Positions 27,993 to 37,862 of a DNA stretch of 47,876 nucleotides are shown here, piece after piece. Source of the DNA: a virus; UHGV virus genome UHGV-0385110. One strand, given 5' to 3'. Position numbers and translations under genes: made by a program. Position 1 is the first letter of the stretch, and each line of letters opens with the position of its first letter. The notes beneath the pieces were generated by a model, which saw only the letters and a list, made by a program, of their open reading frames with translations, ran no database searches and was not told the DNA's origin.

Positions 27993-28001
27993 ATTATATC
28001 A
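27993..28001 (-). promoter_or_regulatory. extended -10 (TGaTATAAT) of the minus-strand lysis-cassette promoter
   Basis: Reverse complement of 27993..28001 is TGATATAAT. Lies 35 nt upstream of the HNH ATG (SD GAGGAAA). Its -35 region overlaps the plus-strand 12-mer. Confidence 0.45.
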
Positions 28002-28010
28002 TAAAAACAC

Positions 28011-28022
28011 TTGACGTAGATT
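28011..28022 (+). promoter_or_regulatory. 12-mer TTGACGTAGATT; variant GATGTAGTT at 28039..28047
   Basis: 46 nt upstream of 28068 gene. Diverges from the minus-strand lysis promoter. Confidence 0.45.
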
Positions 28023-28067
28023 TAGTCGTAGGCGATGATGTAGTTACACAAACACAGGGGATTCAAG

Positions 28068-28358
28068 ATGAAAAAATTTATCGCAGTGGCAGTATTCGCA
28101 ATGTCTTCATTTGGCGCATCGGCTGGTGAAGTGTGCAACAAAGTTGGTGATGTTGGATTCGCCGCGGCCGATGCTCGTGACTCTGGCGTACCTCAGAGCG
28201 TGGCAATGGCAGTAGCACAAAGTCCTGAGTACGGCATTGATGCCAACAAGGTACTTGGCGCAACAGTAAATATGGCCTACTCAATGCCGAACAAGACACC
28301 GAAAGAAATCAAGGCAATCACAATTGCGCTTTGCGTATCAAGCATGGGTGACTTGTAA
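28068..28358 (+). CDS. secreted (periplasmic) small protein, 96 aa
   Basis: Signal peptide MKKFIAVAVFAMSSFGASA / GE (AxA cleavage site). Two Cys. Confidence 0.45.
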   Translation: MKKFIAVAVFAMSSFGASAGEVCNKVGDVGFAAADARDSGVPQSVAMAVAQSPEYGIDANKVLGATVNMAYSMPNKTPKEIKAITIALCVSSMGDL

Positions 28359-28485
28359 TGTGCCCGCGCCTGATGTTTAAGGCCCGCAATCGCTACGTTA
28401 GGCTGGTGATGCGCGGCATGGATGAGCATGCAGCATGGCTGAATGTGATGGGTGAACTGAAAAGCATTTATAACGGAGAAAGAAA

Positions 28486-29421
28486 ATGAAGCTGATTGAT
28501 ATTTTGGTTGAAGAGCTGCCGAAGCTTGGGGGATGGCCGGAAGATGTGGGAGCTATCACGCAGGATTCAGACAGATCGATAAATAACTATAGAACTGCGG
28601 ATGGCCTGGAAACCAACGAGTACGGAACATGGAGATACTCATCAGCATGGCAATGTTATCTATTTTCTCATGACGATGTAAGTTCCCTGGCAGATGACTA
28701 TACTACGGCTATCATCACCCGCGAACAGTACGAATCCGCGCTGGCTGCGAAGGATGACGGATGGATTGAGTGGGGTGGTGGGGAATGCCCGGTTCCGTGC
28801 GGCACGATAGTTGATGTCAAGCATCGTTGCGGAGCGGTAAGCGGAAACCAGCAAGCGTGGCCAAAACATCATAAAGAAAGCGATGTAGTGGTTAATCCAT
28901 TTTCTAATGCCGGGCAGGCATTTTGGCGGCATGAAAATTCAGTTGTGGACATCATCGCCTACCGCCTGCACCAGCCGAAGAAATCAGAACAGGTACGTGC
29001 TGATGCATGGAATGCTTATGCTGGCATTACTAAAGCGGGTGACGAAGCAGACCTGAATGAGTGCATTGGTCAGGATTCATCAACGGCATGGAGTGTGAGA
29101 TGGCTGCCATCTGCTGGATGTGAGTGTGAATATCAATACAAGGTTCATGGAAGCGAGTGGTGCAGTTTTGAGTGCGTTGCTGTTGATGGTAATGCAGCCT
29201 TCGGCTGGAGTAACAAAACTCCGATAGCTTTGCAATTAAACACGCACAATTTCCGCCAACTCCGCACCGAAGCAGAGCGGAAGCGAGATGAGGCCATTGA
29301 GGAAATGATTAAGATTGCAACAATGTATACTACTAAATCTCTTGGCTTGGGTTTGGCATTTAATTCAATCTACAACTTTATAGCAGCTGGTGAAATACCC
29401 GGCGTGAAGCTGGAGGATTGA
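28486..29421 (+). CDS. hypothetical Cys/Trp-rich protein (311 aa)
   Basis: Good SD (GGAGAAAGAAA). Clustered Cys (..GGGECPVPCG.., ..AGCECEY.., ..CSFEC..). No recognisable catalytic motifs. Confidence 0.45.
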   Translation: MKLIDILVEELPKLGGWPEDVGAITQDSDRSINNYRTADGLETNEYGTWRYSSAWQCYLFSHDDVSSLADDYTTAIITREQYESALAAKDDGWIEWGGGECPVPCGTIVDVKHRCGAVSGNQQAWPKHHKESDVVVNPFSNAGQAFWRHENSVVDIIAYRLHQPKKSEQVRADAWNAYAGITKAGDEADLNECIGQDSSTAWSVRWLPSAGCECEYQYKVHGSEWCSFECVAVDGNAAFGWSNKTPIALQLNTHNFRQLRTEAERKRDEAIEEMIKIATMYTTKSLGLGLAFNSIYNFIAAGEIPGVKLED

Positions 29422-29422
29422 T

Positions 29423-29611
29423 ATGTACAGAATGAGCAAGAAAAGCCTCGCCGGAAGAATTATCATGGCGCCACTGTTTTTCATTGTTTTGGTTATCGAG
29501 GTGACGCTGAATAAAGCTGATGACTGGAGCTGCCATGTAAGACGATTCAGAATTAAGATGACTGACTTTGTTGATAAGAAGTTTCCGCTGGCAAGCAACA
29601 AAAAAAACTAA
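29423..29611 (+). CDS. small membrane protein (62 aa)
   Basis: ..IIMAPLFFIVLVIEV.. TM helix, basic flanks. ATG one nt after preceding stop. Confidence 0.35.
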   Translation: MYRMSKKSLAGRIIMAPLFFIVLVIEVTLNKADDWSCHVRRFRIKMTDFVDKKFPLASNKKN

Positions 29612-29620
29612 TATTTGACA

Positions 29621-29648
29621 GAAGCCGCCATCAGGCGGCTTTCTTGTG
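29621..29648 (+). terminator. rho-independent terminator (hairpin overlaps the stop of the convergent head morphogenesis gene)
   Basis: gaAGCCGCCatcaGGCGGCTttcttgtg. Confidence 0.5.
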
Positions 29649-30575
29649 TGTGTCCTGCCATGCTTCACGCTGCTTATCGAGCCTTTCCTGCGTCTTCTCA
29701 AGTATCACAGGCTTGCCATCCATTACCAGCGCTGGAGTCTGTGCGCAGTGACAATTTCGGCGGTTTCCTACCTCACTGTAGAACTCATCAATCTCTTCAG
29801 GTGTGTAATACTTCCCGTGACGCGCGGCATGTGTGACGCGGGTTGTCTTCATCAGCGCCGACTGCCAGAGCATGATGGTTTCAATGCCCAACGTGACCTG
29901 AGCCTCTTTCACTTCGCGCCTGTTGGCTTCGCGCAGGGTATTGGTGATTTCAGTCTGAGCAATCGAACGAGCATAGCTTCTTGATACATCCATGCGGTTA
30001 ACGATGTTTTGCTCAACCACTCCCGGTGCATCGCCATTTGCAATGCCAGCAGTGATAACCTCCGCCACCTGCTGACGCGTGTAATCTGAAAGCCCACCCC
30101 AATCGTTATACGTGCGCGTGTACGCAATCTGAAGCCGGTCGAGATAAGGTTGAGAGTAGAGTATTTCAGCGAGCGGCCTGCTGTCTTTGTATGCCGATGA
30201 CAGGTCGCCAAGGTCGGAATTTGCCTTCTGCGTCCCGGCATACATGGCATCACTGACATAAGATGAGGCCCATAACCTTCCATGTGTAAAATCATCACCT
30301 TCCAGCAACTGATTATCAAGAATGCGCTGAAGCTCATCAAAGAATGTCGATGCGCGGTAGGCAGAGAAATCATAATAATAATTTCCAGCCTCAGCATTGC
30401 CGGTCGCCACAGGAATTGTGCGGAACAACTCGGCAACCTGCGATTTTAACGTCACATATCTGGCGTCAACGTCGCGCACCATCTTATTGACGCGACCCAC
30501 TGCGCCGAGCGGGTCTGTCAGGCTCATGCTTAATTTTGGCTGCGGAAGCCGGGCATTAATTTTGAGGAGGCGCAT
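29631..30575 (-). CDS. head morphogenesis protein (SPP1 gp7 / Mu F-like minor head protein)
   Basis: 314 aa. ..[24 protein letters not shown].. signature region of the gp7/F family. Directly downstream of portal. Confidence 0.65.
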   Translation of the reverse strand: MRLLKINARLPQPKLSMSLTDPLGAVGRVNKMVRDVDARYVTLKSQVAELFRTIPVATGNAEAGNYYYDFSAYRASTFFDELQRILDNQLLEGDDFTHGRLWASSYVSDAMYAGTQKANSDLGDLSSAYKDSRPLAEILYSQPYLDRLQIAYTRTYNDWGGLSDYTRQQVAEVITAGIANGDAPGVVEQNIVNRMDVSRSYARSIAQTEITNTLREANRREVKEAQVTLGIETIMLWQSALMKTTRVTHAARHGKYYTPEEIDEFYSEVGNRRNCHCAQTPALVMDGKPVILEKTQERLDKQREAWQDTHKKAA

Positions 30576-32004
30576 CGGTCTGACCCTGCTGTTGGTCTTG
30601 CTGCGATTGCTGGTCTTGCTGCTGGCCTTCCTGCAATCCGTCAGGAAGCTGTGCCTTCAACGGCTCCATACCGACAATTCCGCGCATCTCATCGGCGGTC
30701 ATCAGGGCCATCTGGCCTGCGTCGAATACAGATTTATTGGCTGCGGCAAGTTTAACCAGCAGATCTGCCTTGTTCAGTTCGGATGGCGCAAGCAGGTCAT
30801 CCCATTTGCAGTAATAGCCGCTTTCTGGTGCCTTATCCAGAATGCCAAAAGAAATCATCCTGTCGATGAACACCGAAATGATGTAATCCAGCCAGTCCTC
30901 GCGGCGTTGTTTGGCGCTCATAGCGTCGTCGGTCTTATCCTCATCGGATGCAAGGCGGCCAGTCTGCTGACCAAACAGAATAGTGAATGGCTTCTTGATG
31001 GATGCCGCAAACTGGTTGGCCGCAATAGTCCATGTCGGCCCTGGGTCGGCTGGTGTCACTGAGAGCACCTTAACATCGGCCCCAATGCTAAACATTGCCG
31101 CGTCAATAGCCTCATTCAGGCGCGCCACATCCTCATTGAGCACATCTGCCAACTCTTCCAACGGCACGCCCATCTGCTGCGCAAGAGACTGGGCGGAAAC
31201 GCTGTCTTTATTATAATTAACGTTGAGCTGTCGGCTTGCATTCTTCAGGAAACCCTCAGCGCTTGATCCGGTGACTTTCGCCATGTCGATGAGGTGGTTA
31301 TAACCGGCACGCAGGAGTGGAACGCCAGAGTAAATGGAGCCATCCATCGCGCCCTCGGCGAATACGATAATGCGGTCAGGGTGGATACTCAGGGAGCGTG
31401 TGGGCTTGCCGTCATTGTTGCAGGCACCGATTACCGATTCCTGATACAGATACATCTTCGGCTGACCATAGTCCTCACTGGTCTCATCATTATTCCAGTC
31501 GCTGACGGTTAACTGCTCCTCCCATGCCGGAATGTAGCGGACAATGGCAGCATCCTTGATGCGCCTTGTTTTCGTGGTGTCTACCGGCTCATTCCACTGC
31601 TTTCCATCGCGGATTTGCAGGATGAGGCCGGAATAGCGGTTGATGAGGTTGCGGCGGTCTGCATCCTTGATGAACGGCGCAGCGCGCTTAAACAGCTTGT
31701 TGGCGGCCTTCTCCCACGGGGTACTGGCCTTATCATCGGCGCCCTCCTGAAGGATTTGCGGCGGAGTCTGCCAGCACTTATCGAGTACGCGATTGACTCC
31801 AGCCGTTGCCGGCGCATAGCGCTCATAGGCATAGCGGAACATCTCGGCGGTGATTTCATCGGGGTAGCCACATTCGACCCAAAGACGATCGTGTTTGTGG
31901 TCGATATTCTTCCCACCAAACTCCCGACGCTGCCGCTCGATGAGCCTGTTATTGTTCGCCACTCGCTGCTGAATATAGGCGTTTACCGCCTCTAACTTTG
32001 ACAT
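30556..32004 (-). CDS. portal protein
   Basis: 482 aa. Position between terminase and head morphogenesis gene. Acidic Gln-rich C-terminus. Confidence 0.7.
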   Translation of the reverse strand: MSKLEAVNAYIQQRVANNNRLIERQRREFGGKNIDHKHDRLWVECGYPDEITAEMFRYAYERYAPATAGVNRVLDKCWQTPPQILQEGADDKASTPWEKAANKLFKRAAPFIKDADRRNLINRYSGLILQIRDGKQWNEPVDTTKTRRIKDAAIVRYIPAWEEQLTVSDWNNDETSEDYGQPKMYLYQESVIGACNNDGKPTRSLSIHPDRIIVFAEGAMDGSIYSGVPLLRAGYNHLIDMAKVTGSSAEGFLKNASRQLNVNYNKDSVSAQSLAQQMGVPLEELADVLNEDVARLNEAIDAAMFSIGADVKVLSVTPADPGPTWTIAANQFAASIKKPFTILFGQQTGRLASDEDKTDDAMSAKQRREDWLDYIISVFIDRMISFGILDKAPESGYYCKWDDLLAPSELNKADLLVKLAAANKSVFDAGQMALMTADEMRGIVGMEPLKAQLPDGLQEGQQQDQQSQQDQQQGQTDAPPQN

Positions 32005-32057
32005 TTCGTCACCATAAAAAATCCCATCACATGGATGGGATTATAGCATGGTCATGG

Positions 32058-32267
32058 TTAATCTTTTTCGACCTGGAATGGGTATCTCTTCCTGAATCTT
32101 CCAAGAGCACAAAATACATTGTACTCAGCGCCATAATTAAAGTGAACCTGATGGCCACCACCAGCACGCACAACATTAAGACATATTGCCACCTGTCCTG
32201 TGTGTGACTTGTACTTTTTGCCAACCATCTCCTCACGGAGTGATTCTGTAGTTTTAAAGTGCATCAC
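32058..32267 (-). CDS. hypothetical protein (69 aa)
   Basis: One of three small genes between TerL and portal. Confidence 0.3.
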   Translation of the reverse strand: MMHFKTTESLREEMVGKKYKSHTGQVAICLNVVRAGGGHQVHFNYGAEYNVFCALGRFRKRYPFQVEKD

Positions 32268-32273
32268 TTCACC

Positions 32274-32699
32274 TCAACACATTTCGTTATTGGTTAACAT
32301 AAAAGCTCGCATCCATTTACCGACTGGCTTGCAAAGTTCTGCCTTGAGACGCTCAAGTGAGCTGGTTATGTCTCCCCACTCAGTAAATGGAACGTATCTC
32401 ACAAACCGGTAGTCAGCTCCAGACCAGTGCCATCCAAGAGTGTAATCAACATATTTACCATCGTCCTGCATGTTGATGTAATGCGCTGTCACTGAGTCAT
32501 CATTAATCATAACAACCTCGACAACGGCTGCGCTGTTTCCTGCCCTTGCGCGATTTACCGCATTCAGATGACAGGCGTGATTGTACATGCCAACACCATC
32601 AATAAAACTAATATCAATTTTTTTCGTGTACTTCTCCATTGCGGCTTTGCGCATCTTCATTTGCAGCTTTTTCTTTATCATCACTACCTCAATCATCAA
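32274..32699 (-). CDS. hypothetical protein (141 aa)
   Basis: Lys-rich N-terminus. Between TerL and portal. Confidence 0.35.
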   Translation of the reverse strand: MMIEVVMIKKKLQMKMRKAAMEKYTKKIDISFIDGVGMYNHACHLNAVNRARAGNSAAVVEVVMINDDSVTAHYINMQDDGKYVDYTLGWHWSGADYRFVRYVPFTEWGDITSSLERLKAELCKPVGKWMRAFMLTNNEMC

Positions 32700-32837
32700 T
32701 CTTTACAGATGAAGTCACAAGCACGGCAACAAAAAGAAACCATCCCCATCCCTCTTTATTGTTGTATGCCAGCCACGCAGCAGCACAAATGGAAAATATT
32801 GTTGGTAACTTCACCATAATCATAAACGCGACATCCC

Positions 32838-33077
32838 TCATAAATCACCACCCTCATCGTTATTTAACTCAACATTCCGAAAGAAATCGTTAATCGTCTT
32901 CAGGCCACTATAACCACGGCGCCGCTGCAACTCACAAAGCACCTCATCATACATGCGCAGAAGGATGGCTTCATCCACATCGTACCTTTCGCACAGCACT
33001 TCATCCGACACACCAGCTCTTGCGAGTGAATATATCTTCTCCTTCTGCTCCCACGAAAAAGATGAGTATGCCTTCAT
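32838..33077 (-). CDS. hypothetical small helical protein (79 aa)
   Basis: ..KEKIYSLARAGVSDEVLCERYDVDEAILLRMY.. HTH-like segment. Confidence 0.35.
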   Translation of the reverse strand: MKAYSSFSWEQKEKIYSLARAGVSDEVLCERYDVDEAILLRMYDEVLCELQRRRGYSGLKTINDFFRNVELNNDEGGDL

Positions 33078-33110
33078 GATGCCTCGGTGATGTAGTTATG
33101 TCAATACGCC

Positions 33111-33139
33111 TTGACGTAGATTCTAGCATGGCGTAGATT
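33111..33139 (+). promoter_or_regulatory. sigma70-like promoter TTGACG-17-TAGATT containing the 12-mer; variant GATGTAGTT at 33089..33097
   Basis: TTGACG 33111-33116, TAGATT 33134-33139 (also 33117-33122). Confidence 0.5.
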
Positions 33140-33165
33140 AAAATGAAACCTCTCGGAGAAATCTT

Positions 33166-33456
33166 ATGAAATGTGTCATTTTTGAGCTTGATGGGGTGCT
33201 GCGTGATGTCGAAGGTAATGCTATTGCTGGCAACGTCGCACTGGCTAAGTCGCTTTACTCTGCCGGTCACGACGTCCTAATCATGAGGGCAAAGCATGCG
33301 TATGAGTGGCTGCATGCTAACGATGTTTTCTATGATGACATCATGGCTTCGCACCAGCAGATTGACGCAGGTAGGGTGGCAATGGCGGTCGTGTCTGATG
33401 ACGTGATTTATGCCGCCATGCGCAATGCGGGGATTCATTGCTGGCTTTACAAATAG
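33166..33456 (+). CDS. hypothetical protein (96 aa) with HAD motif-I-like N-terminus
   Basis: MKCVIFELDGVL resembles the hhhhDxDGTL motif, but with Glu in place of the nucleophile Asp and far too short for a HAD enzyme. Confidence 0.35.
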   Translation: MKCVIFELDGVLRDVEGNAIAGNVALAKSLYSAGHDVLIMRAKHAYEWLHANDVFYDDIMASHQQIDAGRVAMAVVSDDVIYAAMRNAGIHCWLYK

Positions 33457-33478
33457 CCCCCTGATGGGGTCTTTTCTT
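33455..33478. terminator. rho-independent terminator (plus gene; overlaps TerL stop)
   Basis: aGCCCCCtgatGGGGtcttttctt. Confidence 0.5.
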
Positions 33479-34934
33479 ATCTCCTGCTCCGCCTAATCCA
33501 TCCAGAGCCGCGCTGTACGATGTGGTCTCCAAGGCCATAGCGCAAACTATCTGTGGCGTGGTTGTGCTTGTCGATGATATCAGGAAGTATATTGCCAGTG
33601 AGCTTGTCCACCTTGTAGCTGTAAAGCGTGAACTCCTCAATGACAGTCTTACATCTTTCGTGAACAAAAATCCTGTCACAACCCCTTAGCCATGTGATTC
33701 CGTCCTCAATGCTTCCAGGCCACTTTGCGCACGGGTGGATATCAAATCCTGAGCGCTTTATATGGCTTATTGTTTCTGGCCTTGCGCAGTCACCATACCA
33801 TCTGTATTTTTCTGAACCCGGGAATGCCAGTCGCATAGCCTCTGGCGTGTCAGTTATCTCAAGACCAACCTTTGCAAAGTCTCGGTATATGTACAGGTTT
33901 CGCCTTCCACCACCCAAATCCTCGACATAGGATTCAGTTGCTGCCGTAGCATCCTGTGAGAAACCAAAGTCAATACCATAGTAAGGCCCACCCCAATCTG
34001 GTGATGGCTCAAAATCAAGAGTCTGCCATTTGCCCCCAAGTACAGCCTCATCTGAACGACGGTTAAATAAGCCTTCATAAACCCAGAGATAGCGGTCATA
34101 ATCCACTACCTTCATCTGGTTCATATGCTGCTTCAGCTCTTCAGTGAACCACGGGTTGTGGATGTAATTGACATTCACAACAACAATATCATCATCCTGA
34201 TATATCCCGTCCACCATCTTATCCACGTATGGCTCAACAAAGTTTGTCCACGTTGGATCGGTTTCCCGATTGGGGTTGAAAACAATAATAATTTCAGAAC
34301 CTGAGGCGCGAACCGTGGGGATGAGTGTGTCCCATGACACCTGACTTATGTTCTCTGACTCCTCACAGAACACATCGGTAATCCCCGCCATCCCTTTAAT
34401 GGCTGTAATGTTGCGCCACATACCCCTGAACACGAATTTTGACCGAGTTCCGTAGTGTGTTATCTCGCCATCAACGCAGCGATATTCATGCGCATGTCCC
34501 TTCCTGTTAATTTCATCAACAAGCTCTGTGTAGCTTGATTGCTTGATTGAGTTCTGAATCTCACGGAAGCAGCCAACCCTGCAATTTCTGAATCTTGCCT
34601 TTTCGATGAGATAGGAAACGACGTTAGCCGTCTTCCCGCTGCCCCTACCCCCATAAAAAACCTTAAACCGGCGCGGATAAAGCAAAAGCTCCATGCGTTC
34701 AGGAATGAGAATTGTTGGCTCCTCAGTTGTTTCTGATACGCCATCCTGAGTCATTTTAAGTCGCTTGATAACATTTGGCTTGCCATCATCAAGCAGCTTG
34801 TCGACAATGCCGAAAACTGCGGAATCTGGCTTCTCTATGGAGTTTCCGACAGCCTCTTCCAGCTTTTCGATTGCCAGTGCGGACAGGCGTTTACGAGCCA
34901 TGGCAAGTGCGACCCCATGCAATAACCCAACCAA
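33477..34934 (-). CDS. terminase large subunit
   Basis: 485 aa. Walker A ..FYGGRGSGKT.. N-terminal ATPase. C-terminal nuclease-type acidic residues. Confidence 0.8.
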   Translation of the reverse strand: MVGLLHGVALAMARKRLSALAIEKLEEAVGNSIEKPDSAVFGIVDKLLDDGKPNVIKRLKMTQDGVSETTEEPTILIPERMELLLYPRRFKVFYGGRGSGKTANVVSYLIEKARFRNCRVGCFREIQNSIKQSSYTELVDEINRKGHAHEYRCVDGEITHYGTRSKFVFRGMWRNITAIKGMAGITDVFCEESENISQVSWDTLIPTVRASGSEIIIVFNPNRETDPTWTNFVEPYVDKMVDGIYQDDDIVVVNVNYIHNPWFTEELKQHMNQMKVVDYDRYLWVYEGLFNRRSDEAVLGGKWQTLDFEPSPDWGGPYYGIDFGFSQDATAATESYVEDLGGGRRNLYIYRDFAKVGLEITDTPEAMRLAFPGSEKYRWYGDCARPETISHIKRSGFDIHPCAKWPGSIEDGITWLRGCDRIFVHERCKTVIEEFTLYSYKVDKLTGNILPDIIDKHNHATDSLRYGLGDHIVQRGSGWIRRSRR

Positions 34935-35041
34935 TGCACCAGAACATCAAGCCAAAGATGCTTCCAGTAAAATCATTAGTTGGTAGGGTTATGCTTGTTA
35001 AGCTCATAATAATTGATGCTAAAAAGCAAGCCATAATGCTA

Positions 35042-35461
35042 TTATCCATTCTGAGCCTCCAGCAACTTCTCCAGGCTCTCAAGGCGCGCCGCAAGCTCTG
35101 TTACTTCCGCGACGTCAAGTCCGGTCTTAATAACTTCGGCAAACATCTTACCAATGTCGGCTGGGATAATGCCGGATGCAATGCCTCGAATAACCGCGTC
35201 AATCTTCTCTACCGGGGTTCCATCATCCGGGAAATCAACCTCAAACACAGGGGCTACAGGCTTTGGCAGGGGGTTGAACCGCACGATAAGCTCTTTCATC
35301 ATTGCGGTATCGCGCTCAATCATTGCCATTTCAATAATGGTATCGTACAGCTTTTCCTCGCTGAATCCCTTGCGCTCAAGAGCCTCTACAAGCAGCTTTC
35401 GCTTGTCCTTCCCGCGCTTGTTCTGTGGTTGATTTTCGCTACTGAATAGTTTTTTAGCCAT
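35042..35461 (-). CDS. terminase small subunit (putative)
   Basis: 139 aa. Basic N-terminus (..NKRGKDKRK..), helical. Immediately upstream of TerL. Confidence 0.5.
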   Translation of the reverse strand: MAKKLFSSENQPQNKRGKDKRKLLVEALERKGFSEEKLYDTIIEMAMIERDTAMMKELIVRFNPLPKPVAPVFEVDFPDDGTPVEKIDAVIRGIASGIIPADIGKMFAEVIKTGLDVAEVTELAARLESLEKLLEAQNG

Positions 35462-35562
35462 AGATAAAACCTATCAATATTCCGCTATTTTTCCGTTATT
35501 GGATATTGTATCAGATTCTACACCATGTCGCATAACGCATAAAAAGAACCCGCCGAAGCGGG

Positions 35563-35760
35563 TTAAATGGTGGTGGGTGATGATTGATGAGATGATTGTA
35601 CATCAGTTTTCGCATAACACCAAACATTACAGTTATTGCTTTGAACGTGAACCACCTCAATCGCATCAGGGAAGGCTTTGGCGATTGCTGCTATGAAATG
35701 GTCGACGCCTTCAATCTGCGCAGCATTCCACACCTCCTGCTTTGATTTTTGCGGCATCAC
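35563..35760 (-). CDS. hypothetical protein (65 aa)
   Basis: Followed by hairpin terminator at about 35540..35566 (minus). Confidence 0.3.
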   Translation of the reverse strand: MMPQKSKQEVWNAAQIEGVDHFIAAIAKAFPDAIEVVHVQSNNCNVWCYAKTDVQSSHQSSPTTI

Positions 35761-35915
35761 TGATACCTCGTCGTTGAGTACATATGCCGAAGCATGCTGT
35801 TATGCTCAACCACCATCATCATGCTGCCAACCTGAATGACGGCATGATGCTTTCCGGTCTCCTCATACAGAAAATCAGCCTCTTCGCATGCAGCCTGAAT
35901 GTCGCTCCACAGCAT
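35757..35915 (-). CDS. hypothetical protein (52 aa)
   Basis: ATGA overlap with downstream gene. Below the track cut-off. Confidence 0.25.
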   Translation of the reverse strand: MLWSDIQAACEEADFLYEETGKHHAVIQVGSMMMVVEHNSMLRHMYSTTRYQ

Positions 35916-36007
35916 AAATCACCTCAAGATAAAGTAGGCGGCCAACGCAACAACAATCCAGAATGACAGCAGTGATACGGCAATAAGCCTGCGGATGATG
36001 TATGGTT

Positions 36008-36739
36008 TCATGGTTTAACCTCCTGCGGAGCTGCCGGTAGCGGCATCCAGTGGGTTATATTCTTGGCAACGAATTGGTTTGCCTGCCAAGCACCAAATAT
36101 GAATGCGTAGGTAGTTACGTAACGATTATCCCAGCAAAGATACGCCCCATCATTTTCAGGCATCTGCTCGCTTACCGGAATCCATTTACCCGGCACAGCG
36201 GCCGGTTCACTGCCGGTCGACTGCGCGGCGGCTGCTAATGTGGAGTCAAGAATATGCTGACGCATCCAGTTAGCTCCTCGTGCAAACACTTCCACCGGGT
36301 CTCCGTGGTAATCACCTATTTCATATGCCTGCTCTGATGTCATCTCTTCAGGAATTGCCGACACTGGCTGCGCGTGGTAGGCGCGTAGCGCTTCTATTGC
36401 CTCCTGAATCACTGCTTTGTTACCAATCGCCATGTTGGGCCACAACAAACCCTCAATGGCATCCGCTATACGGATATTTTCTGCCACCGGCTCGCAGTCC
36501 ATTGCGGCCAGCGCCATGCGAGCCACTCGCTTGAGAATCTCTATGTCGGCAAACCCAAGCCGATAGCCAGCCTTTAAATCAAATACGGCCTGAACGCTTT
36601 CTTCTCTGGTTATGGTTGATTTGGTCATTTCTTTGCTCTCCTGCGGCGTTTGGCGTTTCGGCGTTCTGCAGCCTTCCCTGTATGACGATTTGAAACCGGA
36701 TATGATTGGGGCCGAAGCTCGCAAATGGTTCTTTCCCAT
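36008..36739 (-). CDS. DUF551-like domain protein (C-terminal ..THWMPLP.. signature); start may be the internal Met at 36627
   Basis: C-terminal ..GKWIPVSEQMPENDGAYLCWDNRYVTTYAFIFGAWQ...ITHWMPLPAAP.. Compare 40894..41109. Confidence 0.45.
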   Translation of the reverse strand: MGKNHLRASAPIISGFKSSYREGCRTPKRQTPQESKEMTKSTITREESVQAVFDLKAGYRLGFADIEILKRVARMALAAMDCEPVAENIRIADAIEGLLWPNMAIGNKAVIQEAIEALRAYHAQPVSAIPEEMTSEQAYEIGDYHGDPVEVFARGANWMRQHILDSTLAAAAQSTGSEPAAVPGKWIPVSEQMPENDGAYLCWDNRYVTTYAFIFGAWQANQFVAKNITHWMPLPAAPQEVKP

Positions 36740-36800
36740 GCCACAGAAGCTGTACCTATCGAGGCAAGTGCCATCGCTATTGCTATTGATGACTTACGCA

Positions 36801-37250
36801 TCACTCAGCCTCCACCTTGATGCCAGCGGCGGCGAGCATATCTTCAATTTCCCAGCGCGCATAAACCGGGTAGCGCTCTGACCCATCGCAGCAGCGGTCT
36901 TTCTCGCTATGAGATACCTCTACATCATCCCAGTAATCATCTGGCGCATGGCCTGCCTGAATCCAGATTAAGTGAGCGTGTGGCTTAGGAAGCTTCACGG
37001 TGCGGGACTCCAGCTCGGCGATACGCTGCTGTGCCTTCTCCAGCGCCTCTACCAGCGCGAGGATGTTGGCCGGACTTGATAGCTCGTACCACTGGTTGAT
37101 CGTTGCGATATCAATGTCGACCTGTTCACCTTCGTGCTGTGAAAGGTCAATTAGTTCGTCGCTTGGGAATGCTTTTAGGCGGTCGATGGCGGCGGCGGTT
37201 GTATTGGCTGCCGCTTTCAGGCTCTGCGCCAGTTCGGTGATATCAGTCAT
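36801..37250 (-). CDS. hypothetical protein (149 aa from MTDITELAQ..)
   Basis: The longer track ORF overlaps the upstream gene. The internal Met abuts that gene's stop. Confidence 0.3.
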   Translation of the reverse strand: MTDITELAQSLKAAANTTAAAIDRLKAFPSDELIDLSQHEGEQVDIDIATINQWYELSSPANILALVEALEKAQQRIAELESRTVKLPKPHAHLIWIQAGHAPDDYWDDVEVSHSEKDRCCDGSERYPVYARWEIEDMLAAAGIKVEAE

Positions 37251-37626
37251 TCTCGGCCTCCACGCGCAGCTGCTTGGCAAATGCGTAGGCAACTTTAACG
37301 TAGTCATGGTGCCTCCCACGTGATTCAAGCTTTTTAGCAAACTCCTCCACCCCATCAGCCTTAAAGTCGGCTACGATGCGATCGGTGGCGGGGGTTTCGA
37401 TATTGTTGAGAGCGTCAGTAAACCCGCCCCTTTCCATACCAAGTTCGGCTTCATAGTCGGCATCAAATACAGCGTTTTTGCAGAACTTCTTCAGCCCCAC
37501 ATTCTCGGCAGCCAGCTGAACGCACAGCTTTGCAATCTTGAGGTATTTCTCCTCTTTGATTGAGAGTTCACCGTCACTCTCAAGGTTTTTAATAATTTTC
37601 TGAACTTCACTAATAGTTATGGTCAT
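37243..37626 (-). CDS. hypothetical protein (127 aa)
   Basis: Charged helical protein. Confidence 0.35.
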   Translation of the reverse strand: MTITISEVQKIIKNLESDGELSIKEEKYLKIAKLCVQLAAENVGLKKFCKNAVFDADYEAELGMERGGFTDALNNIETPATDRIVADFKADGVEEFAKKLESRGRHHDYVKVAYAFAKQLRVEAEND

Positions 37627-37640
37627 TTTTATGCTCTCTG

Positions 37641-37853
37641 TTAGTGAATTTGCTCGCCAGACGATAACTTAATTCGCATGCAAGCATCATCCCATTCGTG
37701 AAGCATTTCGGTTTTGCCGGTGCTTTCAAGATACCCTCGAATAAAACTCAGGCAATAGTTCACCCTGTCCTCGCCAGCTGCATGCACTGCCTGCATTGCA
37801 TCCTGAAATTTCTTATCTGCTACCTTCTTTTTGCTTGTCATCACACACCTCAC
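37641..37853 (-). CDS. hypothetical protein (70 aa)
   Basis: Minus early block. Confidence 0.3.
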   Translation of the reverse strand: MRCVMTSKKKVADKKFQDAMQAVHAAGEDRVNYCLSFIRGYLESTGKTEMLHEWDDACMRIKLSSGEQIH

Positions 37854-37862
37854 AAGTATTCT

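Noticed and set aside
30397-31062. 221-aa plus-strand ORF
   Set aside because: Antisense to the portal gene. Leu/Arg-rich low-complexity.
34891-35094. 67-aa minus ORF between TerS and TerL
   Set aside because: Overlaps the TerL start and TerS end in alternate frames. No SD. Probably spurious, although the internal 52-aa hydrophobic frame cannot be excluded.
34775-35449. 224-aa plus-strand ORF spanning TerS/TerL junction
   Set aside because: Antisense to both terminase genes. No SD. Overlaps two well-supported genes.
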